From assembly GCA_051362555.1 (NCBI GenBank), contig CM120640.1, forward strand, positions 48,400,788 to 48,464,787: 64,000 nt of DNA, given 5' to 3'. Under the pieces are notes generated by a model. The model made no database searches. It saw nothing but the letters and a program-made list of their open reading frames with translations, and was not told the DNA's origin. The position numbers and the translations under genes are program-made. This document shows, piece after piece, positions 39,204 through 50,719 of this stretch; the first letter of the stretch is position 1; each line of letters starts with the position of its first letter. This stretch comes from Lingula anatina. Its lineage: Eukaryota; Animalia; Brachiopoda.

Positions 39204-42200
39204 GCCCAGTGGAAGTAGCGTGGAAGACGTACTGAATAGAGTTTCTGCCCAAACGAAGCGTCTGGATAGTTTTCTCAGGTAGAATATATGTACAAAGTAG
39301 ATTGGAATAATTTATTTTGGGAAGTTTTTATTATTTGTAATTATATTTGAGATTTAAAATGAAAAATGAAAGGCGTGTGCTGAGATGGTCACGATATGTG
39401 AAAAAAATACTAGTATCTATTAGTATCAGTACTATAATTATGTGTATTATGTATTACAGTATGACCCCTGATTTGTAGATGAGATCGAACCACTCATAAC
39501 TACTTCTTGAAAATCAGTCATCATATTTATGTAAATTGTCTATAGGTGCCAAATTGGCAAATAGCAATCGGAAAAGAAAACGGGCCTTGAAGGCTTTTTT
39601 AATTAACTTGATTATATGGGTGAAGTCAAATATAAGATAATATTCATTTAGATTATTTGTAGAGAAATCAAAACAAAGTTTCTGCATATGCATAATGTCT
39701 CAGTGTTAACTGCTGTATTACTGTCTGACTGTAAATTTACTGCCACTGCTACCAATATTCATGAGTTCTAAAGGCAGTGACATGCTTTATTATACATTGT
39801 CATTTTTTGTTGTATATAGGCATTTGCTTACAGTAAAGATGAGTTTTTTTTGGTCAACAAGCGTTGCAGAGGTAATAATAGAATAGTTCTTGAGGGTTTA
39901 ATTATAACTTACGACTTTTTTTTCAGCATTCACAATGAAGTTGCTGATGAATTGCGCTCTTCCACCAAATTATTATATGACTACTCTAAATCTATTGAGA
40001 CTTGTAAAACCGGTAGTGAATCACTTCCAGAACTGATTATTGACAATTTTGATGATGAACAAGTTTGGCAGGAATTGGAACTTCACAATGATTCAGCAGT
40101 CTCAGATTTATTGTCATGTGTTGCCAAGTCATTGGCCAGTAAAAGCAACTTATCATTTGCCATTCATAAAAATGAAGAAACAAGTAATAAACGCAACATT
40201 GGGAAACCACCCTATCAAAACAGAATTAAGAAAAGCTTTCCTATTGATGAAGAAGTTTCTTCTGAAGAAAATGATGGGGACATTGAACTTGATCAGTTTC
40301 AATCACAATCACACAGTGATGACAGTGATGCAGACTTGAAGCATGTTTTAGAAAAAGCTGGTGCTAATGTATACAGTAGAGATGATAGTGAAAGTGAAGG
40401 TGATGTTATGGAATATGAACATGAAGAAGATGGTGAGCAAGAAGAAAGACAAGAAGATACGGACTCTGATCCAGAAATAACCTTCCGTACACAGCCAAAA
40501 TTAAAGAAAAGACAGCAACGTAATGACATTGGAAAAGCTAAAAGAATCAGGAAATCTGTAGTTGATGATAAATTCTTTAAACTGTCTGAGATGGAAGTAT
40601 TTTTGGAGCAAGAAGATGCCAGGGAAGAGAGAAAGAGAAGACAGGAATCTGGACAGGGGGACCAACAGGAGGAGGAGGAAAAGGAGGATGACATAGATTT
40701 ATTTGAAAACATTGAATCTGATGGAGAGGCGGTAAATTCACATGGATATTATAGATATATAAAAATGTCTCAGACTAACTAGTTCACTTTTTTACTACTG
40801 TTTTTCAATTAGTGATTTAAGTACGATGCCTTATGATTTTAATAATACTTCATTTATATACTTCAATAATACAGTTTGTATGTTTGCAACTTTTTTCTCA
40901 CACTCAGGCCTACCCAACTACCAGGCACCAAATGATCCCTAATTCACCGGTCGATCGGACCACACTTCCCCTTTTTCAAGGTGTGCGTCTGTACGCATTT
41001 CACAGTATCATACCCCGAACAAATTTTGAGTGGTGATGAAATACTTTCCAACCCTGCTAAGAATCATCACTATCACATTGCCCACTAGGCAAGCCCGTGT
41101 CGTGTCTGATACTTCAAAGCGCGTACTGACGCACACCTTGAAAATGGGTAGACTAGTGTGGTCCAATCTACCGGTGAATTCAAGATCATTCGGTGCGGAG
41201 TCTGGTAGTTGGGTAGGCCTGACACTTTATGGCCAATCCTTAAAGCTTTTTTTTATTATTTTAGAGCGAAGGGGATATTATGTATGCCGATTTCTTTGAT
41301 CAACCATCTAGCCAGGTGTCTAATAAACAGAACATCAGCATTGAGGAGGAGGATCAGATAGAGGAAGAAGAAGAGGATGTTGATAGTGGAGATTTAGACC
41401 AGTATGAAGTACTCTTTACCTAGTTACTAGTCCTTTTTTTCACCTATGCTCATTACTTTATCAGGGCTACTCCACTGAGGTGTAGATAAATTTACCAAAA
41501 AAAACATTTCTGATGAAAATTACATTTCAAAGGTAATAGTCCACATTTGTCATACTTATTTATTGACAATACATGTAATGCTCCCCCCCCCCTTTTCCAT
41601 AAAGATAACCTCGTCTATTTTAACACAAAATAAAACTTTTAATGCTGTTCATATCACTATCTCTTTTTTAAAAGGGATGATGAAAATGTTGAAGGCACTG
41701 ATGAAGAGAGAGAAATCCAAACAAGGGTTCAATCAGGCAGAGATTTGTTTGCTGCTAGTGATAGTAGTGAAGGTGAAGATATTGGTGATATATTTGGAGG
41801 AAAGAAAATACATGAAAAATCTTCCTTTGAGAAGAGGCAAGAAAAGGTAACATTTCTTGCAGTAAATTGCTTTTAATTTAAATCTTGAGATACCTAAGAT
41901 GATAGTATTTAAAGTTGTTAAGACAACATTTGTGCTCCTAAAAGGCTATAGACTGTAACTTTTCACTTTCTTAAATGTCTCAAACAATTCAGATTATGAT
42001 GTGATGTTTCTATCAAGTCTTAAAATACCATGTTTCATTACATTAATGTTCACTGCAACAGTATGATCAATTTACTTTGAAGCATTGTGTGTTTAAATTA
42101 TCCTACTCTAAATCATTTTTATTCTTTATCATGATAAGTAAATTACACAGATATTGTATTACCATTTTTTACAGTGTAAGTGTTTTGTTTAGAAATAGAT

Positions 42201-43906
42201 GTCATTTTTTTCAGTTGAAGGAAAGAATTTCTGAGTTAGAAGAAACTGCTCTGGCACAGAAACCTTGGCAGTTGACTGGAGAAACCACAGCAACTGCCAG
42301 ACCAGAAAACAGCTTGTTACAGGAAGATCTGGAGTTTGAACACACTACTAGGCTAGGTATTTAATTTATTCTTGTTGTTTGTGTGCTAAAAATCATTTTC
42401 TCTCAAAATTCTGTAATTGTTTTTCATCTTACTTTATCATAAGTAACTTCAAGTGTCACAACTTATTCCTAGCTATTAAATAGTTAAGCCGTTTTATCAA
42501 TATCTAGACAATAAAAAATTGTTCATTTACTATTCTGATAGGACATGTAATTTTCAATTATTTTATACGTTTTCCTGTTTAGCACACATTTTGTTAATTA
42601 CAGCTCCAGTCATAACGGAGGAAAAAACAGCCAGTTTAGAAAGTGTCATTAAACAAAGGATAAAAGATCAGGTGAGTGACAGCCAACAGAGCTTACCGGC
42701 TGCCAACTTAGATGTTCTTTATCTTGTATTTAATGAAAGATACTGTAGTGCATCATTCTGTTTTATCAGGGCACTTGGGAACTATGTAGCCAGTTCGCAA
42801 TTTCTTTGTCTTAAGTAATTTTAACCATATAACGAGTTATCAATTTTGTTATTGAACAAATGTCAAATTTAGAATGTTTTACCCATTGCTAAGTATTTAA
42901 ATGTAAGCAAATGTCATCAAACTAATATTCAACAAAAGTGAAGTTGTGAACTGTATTTAAAGAAGCATGTCAATTTTAGAATATTTTACCCATTGCTAAG
43001 TATTTAAATACATGTATATGTAAAAGTCATCAAACTGATATGCAATGGAAGTGAAATTTTCTAGTGTATTTAAAGAAGCATAAAATTACTTCAATTTTGG
43101 AAATGGTTAAATACTCATAAACATTGTGTTACATTTATGTATATTAATTATTTATCATTATCCTGGGTTGTTGTTTTTCCAGGCCTTTGATGATGTGGAG
43201 AGGAAAATCAAGCCTACAGAGGATGCATTCCAGTATAAAAAGAGGATAACACTTGATCAGGAAAAGAGTAAACAGAGTTTAGGAGAAATATATGAGCAGG
43301 AGTACTTAAAGCAAGTACAGGAGGTAGGTTGGGGGTTTTAGAAGAGCATGAGAGGGAAATGTGCAAGTTTGGTGCATTTTTCTATCATAATGTAGCGAAG
43401 AAGATCTTGGTAATGCACAGCAAATAAAACACAAGATTAAGTTGTTTAGTTTATAAATTTTATCTTTTTGGTCCAGGCGCTGTATTAAAATTACATAAGT
43501 TTAATTTTTGTGCAACAGCTTGATATTACTTTTTGGTGAATTTAGATTGCTTTGATTAAAGCAAATATAGTTTGTTGATTCCTCATGATGTGAAAAAATG
43601 TTTCTGCTCCTTTTTTCAGACAGAAGAAGATAAAACAGACCCTCAGCATGAAGACATTAAAAAAATGATGCAATCCTTATTTATCAAGTTAGATGCTCTT
43701 TCTAACTTTCATTATACACCCAAACCGGTAAGAATGTTAGACATTAGTGTTAAAAAAGAAGCAGCTGCTTTCTAGCTTTAAGCAAGATCCAGACATTAAA
43801 GGGACAACAACTATTCCTTTTGGTAAAAAAATGGATTTTTCTGTGGTAAAGAAAATTTTCCCATACTTGCCGGTAGTTAATGAATCTGTTCTGACAGTAA
43901 GTCCCC

Positions 43907-43951
<45 letters not shown>

Positions 43952-45677
43952 TAATCATCTGTCTTTTGTAATCATGGCCATCTATAGAGGTCATGTGGTC
44001 CAATTGGCAAGTGCAAATTCCAAAATAATTGGGATAACTATGATTTTGGTCGCTAAAATAGAATTTATTATATTTCTTTGCGTTGTTCATTATGTTTTTA
44101 CAGTGAAATATGGATCTCATACCACCACTTGTTGTGCCTTTAAGTCATAAGTTGTTTTATATATATATAATATGTATACATCATTCCTTAATATCTTTGT
44201 AAACAATAAATTGTCATTGTAAGTTGCATTGCAAGATGGTTTTAATTATAAAGTATAAAACTTAAGGTTAAAAAAGGGTTGAAATAATTACTAGTAGGTA
44301 AATTTTATGTCAATTTGTTACACTGCATTAGGCTGTCCCTGAAGTCAAGATTGTCAGTAATATGCCATCTATAGTAATGGAGGAAGTGGCCCCACTTAGT
44401 GCCAGCAGTGCTGCATTGTTGGCTCCAGAAGAGATACAGGTAAATAGCTTCTTAAACATATGTATGTTGGTAGTGTTTGAAACTGCAAAACTATAAGGAA
44501 AATACACTAATATTACATTTCTAAAAGTATTAAATTTGTATGTATTTGTTTTATGAAATAAATATTACAATCTTCAAATATAAATCGGTTCTTTTTAAAA
44601 ATAAATTTTGTCTGAAAGTTTTCGCATACTTTAGAAACTTTGATTTTTGTTTAAACTCACAGGAGAAACCCAAGGGGGATGTAAAAGGGAAATCGGAAGC
44701 AACAGACACTGATAGAAAGCATGAAAGGAGATTAAAAAAGAAAGTTAAACGGTTGAAAGAGAAGGAAAAAAAGAAGAGACAAAAACTTATAGAGAAGTTA
44801 AAACCAGGCTTAAGCAACAAGCACAGTAAAAAGAAAGCACTGAAAGAGTTGGAAAAACAAGAAAAGAGCTCCAAAAACCTAACAGTTATACAGGTAAGGC
44901 AGTTTTATGGAAATTAAAATGTTTTAATACACCAAATAATTAAAATAAAATATAAATATTAAGACGTCAAAAATTTTTATAATACATCACTTCTTAAAGA
45001 TGCATACAAAGTCAATTTTTTGTCACAAAAACCAACCAAATGCCAGCATATAGATTCAAGTAGTATAACTAAGAGTTTTACCAAAAGGCACTGTTTAATT
45101 TTACCCGAAAATGATGTCAGAACGATTTTTCTGCTGGCATTCTAAGCTGTATGTCAATGGGACAGGAAAGTAGGTCACGAAAGTAGGTTAAATTTACAAC
45201 CAAAAATTTAAAGAAAGGAGCAGTCTAAAGGTCTTTTATGGCTGATCGAGTGATCTATTCACTTTATCCCTTGGCATGTCGAATTTATTTGAGTCATATA
45301 AGAATCTAGTAGAAGTGGTTTAAATGTGTTACTGGGAATCCATGCTCCACCGATGCTCGGTTCGTATGTACCTTTAATCAAACATTTTTGGGAACACAAG
45401 AATGTATCACAGCATATGATAGCCATTGCACAAGTCTTTTTTGCAATTGTTTGCATAAATATGTGAAATTTATACATCAACCATACTTATTTTATGTCTA
45501 TACTACTTCTATTTCTACCTTTAGGAGGATAAATCAAGAAAGGCTGGACTGACATCATCTAAGGCCTTCTTCACACAACTCCAGGAAGAAGCTAAGACCC
45601 AAATACGCATCCACAAGACTTCTAGGAATGAGATGATAAAAGCAAAAGCAAATACTGCAGCTAAACTTATACTCTAA
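39196..45677 (+). CDS. MPHOSPH10: U3 snoRNP protein MPP10 (SSU processome), 11 coding exons
   Basis: Exons 39196-39278, 39927-40731, 41265-41401, 41675-41846, 42215-42356, 42604-42671, 43183-43323, 43620-43727, 44332-44439, 44663-44893, 45525-45677, all GT-AG and in phase. Mpp10 motifs: [76 protein letters not shown]. Confidence 0.96.
40905..41221. mobile_element. MITE in MPP10 intron 2
   Basis: Perfect 20-bp TIR CAGGCCTACCCAACTACCAG / CTGGTAGTTGGGTAGGCCTG, with imperfect arms extending about 100 bp. Flanked on both sides by ACACT (40900-40904, 41222-41226). Confidence 0.9.
42860..43079. repeat. Two-copy tandem duplication (unit of about 110 bp) in MPP10 intron 6
   Basis: ATGTCAA.TTTAGAAT.TTTTACCCATTGCTAAGTATTTAAAT...GTCATCAAACT.ATAT...TGTATTTAAAGAAGC occurs twice, head to tail. 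Confidence 0.9.
43800..44139. mobile_element. TTAA-target MITE (Kolobok/T2-MITE-like) in MPP10 intron 8
   Basis: TTAA|AGGGACAAC ... GTTGTGCCT|TTAA. The interior is similar to the copy at 6183-6517 (AATTTTCCCATACTT..GTTAATGAATC; GTGAAATAT.GATCTCATAC). Confidence 0.8.
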
Positions 45678-46326
45678 ATCAATATTCAGCTCAGAGCACA
45701 TTCTGTAACATTATTTTGATTTTACAGATTGGGAGGGGAGTGAATTAGAGTAGAGCTAGTGACAAAATTTAGGATGTATAAAGTTATTGTGTTGTGATTC
45801 ATTTGCAACTTTTCTATGACATTTCTATGCCAAAATAAAATAAGCGTAGAAAAAATATGTTCTGCTATTGTTTTAATATAAATGGCATGTTTCCAATGTA
45901 GCAACCAACAAACAAAATTATTACTATTATGATAGAAACCGTTTTACAATGTTCTAGCAAAAAGTTAAATTGATATGTTCAAGTAAACATTCTGGAAAGT
46001 GGTAATTCTGTTTTTTTAACATGCATTCTAAACAAATGTTTTAACTATATTCACTTTTCTCTTTGGAGAAATTTAAATCTGAATTCTGTTTTTATATATA
46101 AATTTGCATTTTAAACATCACTGAAAATTATAAATATTGTATATATTTGCCACTATTTTACACTTCTAAAAGAAAAAAATGAAGATTGGCCCCACCTATA
46201 ATACAGAGCTGCTGAAAAAGAAACCTGTCGAATATCTCCAAGTTTGGGGTACACAAAACAAACCTAGGTCTTTACTATAATTATAAACATTTTTTTCAAA
46301 TAGGTTATGAACCTATTGCAGATTAA

Positions 46327-46541
46327 GACCCCATTCCCAGAGATTAGATCGATCTACTTTAGATCGGCCCAACTCCCTGGGGGTTCACGCTAAATAGCTG
46401 TCAGCCGAGCGGGCACGAAAGTTAATTACCCCCTTACAGCTTGTAGTAGGCAGGACGGACATTTAAGTCGGATTATCTGACAGTAATCTAGTGAGACTCC
46501 CTGCGGGGATAGATCGATTTAAAAGCTCTGGGAATACGCCC
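46327..46541. mobile_element. Tourist/PIF-Harbinger-like MITE between the convergent 3' ends of MPP10 and the TIR gene
   Basis: TAA|GACCCCATTCCCAGAG..TAGATCGATCTA ... TAGATCGATTTA..CTCTGGGAATACGCCC|TAA; 3-bp TAA TSD. Confidence 0.75.
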
Positions 46542-46610
46542 TAAGTCTATTTGATGCAATAAAATACTCAAAAAGCTTTATTTTAATCCTGCCTCCCATT
46601 TCAAGGATTG

Positions 46611-48550
46611 TCATAATGTGGTGCAGGTACTGATAAGATCCTCTTTAAGATGGACAAGTTTGCTCTCATTTTCTGTACAGTCGGCATCAACATCAGCCAT
46701 TTCCATACCATCTCCACTTTCTCTTGCTTGCAACTTGTCTTCTCCAAGTGGAACATCACTACTTTGATACAATTTTGCATCTTCTTCAGTGTTTTCTAAT
46801 TGTTCTCCCTCAACCATTTCATCTGCTCTGTTACAGAAAAAATAAAGTTATAGGACAACAAGTTCACAACAGTAAGTTGTTTACAAATTAAATGTAAGAA
46901 GCAATCTGAAATGGTTAAAGGAACTATTCTCAATGAAATGGAATACAGGATCACACAATGAAATTGAGATTACGACATTTCCACCTTACCCCAAGGTCTT
47001 CAGGTGTGAACATAAATGCGACAATTTCATACAGCTGGTATTTTGACATGTGCCTTGCAACAGTGCTTCTAATAAGCACCCTGTAATAAATAATTTTTCA
47101 CTGATATTACATGATAACTTACCCAGCATCTTGTAAATAATTATTTGAAGTGTTGCAGTCCTCTTTCTGGCCTACCACTGGACTTAAAGTGTAAATGTTC
47201 TTATCTCCAACATGAATGTTGGAAGAGTTTACAATGTTAATATTGTAAACTTTAGGTGGCTGTGAGTGATGAGCAGCAGCAGCACCTGCTCCAATTTCTA
47301 ATGGCTGACCATTCTGTTTACTGAACTCTTCAACATCTGCAACCCCTGCATTTCTATCCCTTCTCATCTCCTCTTGTTTTTGCTTTTTCCGTTTCTGTAT
47401 CCATTGATGCTTCTTATTCTCCTGGTCCACTTCTCGCCTTATCTTCTTGTCTCTACATGCATCACATGTAAATAATGATTTGACTTGTCTTTTGTAGTAT
47501 GGGTCATCTGGCACGAGACCTTTGAGACTACTCAAGCCATATGGAATGTACTGAAAATCATCTTTAGGTTTGGTGAAGACTGGAATAAAGCCCCAGCGTT
47601 TTGTTTCATCTTTGAGAGATTTTGTCAGGGCTTCATTTACGTGTGTTTCAAATATCTTGTCTGTTTGCTCTTCTTCACAGTTAGCAGTCATGTAGAACAG
47701 CATGTAAGTGCTTCGCTTAATTGCTTCCTCAGCACACTGCCACTCTGCTTGTATCCATGGGAACTCATTGTGGTCATCATATGTACATCCTCTTAATTTG
47801 AAGCCATTACTTTCTGCCAAAGTTTGCAGTTCCTCATGATATGCAAGTGCCTTTTCTCTATCCTTCTGACAGAAAAACAATACATAATCGTATTGTGGTG
47901 CTTTTAATTGTGCAGGGATTTCATATTCCTGTACAGATATGTCATCGATGTATGTTTGCTGTTCAACAGCATCTTGACTAGTGTCTCTAGCAGTATGCAT
48001 TTCTCCACTAGCTCTGTGGTCTTGCTCCTGATCTAAATTTAAATATATGAACATGAAATAATAAGACTGGCAACCAATAAAATGTTTTGAAATAGATGTA
48101 CTGTAAATGATATAACGATAATATTAGTTTTCACCTCGATTTCAGGCTCTACTGGTATACTTGATTCACATGAAGTTTATAAATAAAGTTACCAAAGTGT
48201 ATGGATATACTTCTCTCAGGTAAAATATTACTTATAGAGTCTGATGAATGGTACTAGTACGATAAACGGTGAGGTTTGGAAAAAATATATATATATACGC
48301 TTGACTAAAGACATATTTCTGACAATGCATTGTTTAAAATTAAAACTGTAATTCAACCAAGGACCAGTAACCATGTACAGTACTAGACACACCTTCAAGG
48401 AAAAATTACTTATAGTACATTTTTCGACTAGTGACCGTAAAACTATGAGTAATCTTTGAATGCATTGATCGTTTTCATTAAAATTTACCCCCGATAAAAT
48501 ATGCAGCAAATATTCTTACCGATCCGACAAAATTGTTCTTCAAGACTCAT
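46611..48550 (-). CDS. TIR-domain adaptor, TICAM/TRIF-like, with downstream coiled-coil and RHIM-like motif (385 aa, 3 exons)
   Basis: Exons 48550-48520 (MSLEEQFCRI), 48032-47123 and 46827-46611; phases 1 and 2 match. TIR at about 47892-47470: YDYVLFF..DREKA..GCTYDD..EWQCAEEAIKRSTYMLFYMTAN..VNEALTKSL..FIPVF..PYGLSSLKGL..YKRQVKSLF. RHIM-like segment NIVNSSNIHVGDKNIY at about 47240-47190. Confidence 0.85.
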
Positions 48551-48705
48551 TTTTCTTAGGCCAGCTATCCCAGGTATTGCCGTTACATCTCAGATATCAA
48601 TAACTTAATTAATGCTTAAGTTAACTTTTCAGTCATCTGAGTTATATTTATAGGTTCTTGCGTGTTGTTTCGCAGACCAAAAGCAACAATAACGTTGTTT
48701 AACCA

Positions 48706-48752
48706 GGGTTTTTCCCACTGGGTTTTTCCACAAGAGGAAAAGGGAAATTTTT
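48706..48752 (-). promoter_or_regulatory. Tandem Rel/NF-kappaB-like sites upstream of the TIR gene
   Basis: GGGTTTTTCCC (48706-48716), GGGTTTTTCCA (48720-48730) and a weaker GGGAAATTTTT (48742-48752), 155-200 bp upstream of the ATG. Confidence 0.55.
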
Positions 48753-48837
48753 CTAATCTCCTGCTTGTGAAGAGTTTCAAACGCAATTTCGAGAGGTACG
48801 AAGAGAAGCAGCACTCATATCAATCGATTGAATCTGG

Positions 48838-50719
48838 GGGGGCGTCTCGATAGTCCGAAGGTTCATTGGTCCGAAGGTTCATTGGTCCGAAAAGTGGTAA
48901 CATTTTCGTCGATTTTTTAATCAAGGGTTCATTGGTCCGTTACAGTGACGTCATATTTGCTCCGTAACACTAGTCCCGCGGCCATGCTGGAGGGAATGAA
49001 CGACGGGGAATAGTAGCGGTAATATAGGTGAACCAAATAAAATAAAATAAACTTCATATCGCGATCAAGTACACCAAAGGGAAAAGGATATATACAAGCT
49101 GAAGCTTCAGGTGCTCAGCAGGATCGACCAATATGAACTCAAGACAGTCTAAAAACATGAAATCCTACCAAATGCTACTTATCCAACATCGTGTTGTCAG
49201 AAGATAGTTCAGTTATCTTGTACTTCATTTTTCTTGTTCATTGGGTAGTAACAGTTATAGTTTGAGAGAGTTTAATGTGTAATCATACGTTTAACCTTAC
49301 ATAGAAGCAACTTTTTTCATAAAGGATAGATATAAGGAGAAATTTGAGCTGATCATCAGGATAAACCCTTGTGGACTCAAGGAAGAATGTATGCAGGATT
49401 GTCATAAAGTATGACATGAAATATTGCTGTCAGTTATGACTTATCTCTACATCGTGAAGCTGTCAGAAATTATTTCAGCATTCTTGTACTTCATATTGGT
49501 TCATTAGAAAGTACATGTAACAAGACTGTTGTTTGAGAGAGTTTTATTATTCACCATGAATGCAACCATTCATATAAACAACATGTTAGGATTTTATTAT
49601 TATTCAGTCATTCACAGAAGCAAGGCATTTTTCACACTTATGTATTTATGATGTCCAAAAATAACAATAATTCAGTTCATGAATTGATCTTCATTTCTGT
49701 TTTTTTTTTTTTTTTTTATAATTTACTTGCACCCAATCAGTGTGGCTTGGTGGGAAATGCCAGTCAATTTCCTAAATGTAAATTAATAGAAAGATGACAA
49801 TAGTGATTTTTATTCGTATTGTAACTTACAAGTTTACAGTTGAAAGGAGCAGAATTTAACATTTTTACAGAGGAACGTGCAAATTCATTTCATGAGGTTA
49901 TATGTCAATTACACCTGAGGTAGAATTTACTTGCAAAATAAAATTACTCTTATCACTACACCAAATCGAAAATTAAGCCACTAACTTCCAAATGCACCTC
50001 ATACAGGTAATTGATTTAATTGGCCCAGCTCAGCTGTGTACAGTACAAATATAGCCTTGACACTAATTGGCAATAATGCTAACCAGGTATGAAAGAGGTA
50101 GGTGACAGCCGATAAAATCTAGAGAGCACCGTAACTGATAACAAATTACACCCAAGGCAATAGGTGAGTCTTCATTATAAAAGTCGAAACCCTGCCTGGG
50201 TATTTCCACACTTTTTAACAAATTAACACACTCTCCACCCAAACTTTTTGGGCACTACTTTAAATATTTATGTAGCGTACGTGCGCCCCAAATGTACACA
50301 CCTAGGTCTTTGATTTTCTACTGTTTTTTCTTTTATGGTAAAATCTGCACAGCTGGCTCTCCATTCTTTGCTATAAAATTCAAAGCCACCTCGCCGTCTC
50401 TCCTCCGTTTATGGTTTTAGTTCCTTCACCATGGATTGTTACCACTGCAGGCAGCCTGAACGCTTGTAAAGTTAGTTATCTTCTCTCGATCAAATAACCC
50501 GCAGTAATTCATCATTTTGCTCGGTTGAATATCAAAGAAAATACAGAAAACGAAAACTGAACTACAGGCATGGCTTGTTCATGCGCAGCAGACGATTCCG
50601 GTCTCCCTCCAGAATGGCTGCCGTCTGTTTTGATGACGCAGGCTCTAATGGGTCAATAGTGAACATTCGGACCAATGAATCTTCGGACTGTTGAACCTTC
50701 GGACTATCGCTACGGCCCC
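48838..50719. mobile_element. Non-autonomous DNA transposon (about 1.9 kb) with GG termini, 8-bp TSD and 16-bp subterminal repeats (Merlin- or Mutator/foldback-like; superfamily uncertain)
   Basis: TSD GAATCTGG at 48830-48837 and 50720-50727. Left TIR GGGGGCGTCTCGATAGTCCGAAGGTTCA versus right-end reverse complement GGGGCCGTAGCGATAGTCCGAAGGTTCA. GAAGGTTCATTGGTCC-type units occur at both ends. No transposase ORF. Confidence 0.88.

Noticed and set aside
39850-39926. N-terminal extension of the 310-aa MPP10 ORF in the ORF track
   Set aside because: It is intronic. The acceptor is at 39926/39927 and the start codon is at 39196.
40299-40712. 137-aa Ser-rich minus-strand ORF (also 44551-44874, 47485-47796, 54639-54854, 62668-62955, 29926-30168)
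   Set aside because: These are antisense shadows of real coding exons.
45085-45200. Possible small TIR element in the last MPP10 intron
   Set aside because: The inverted match is short and degenerate, with no TSD.
48850-48940. 16-bp direct repeats GAAGGTTCATTGGTCC as a CRISPR-like array
   Set aside because: There are no unique spacers and no cas genes, and the repeats are mirrored at 50660-50710. They are transposon subterminal repeats in a eukaryotic genome.
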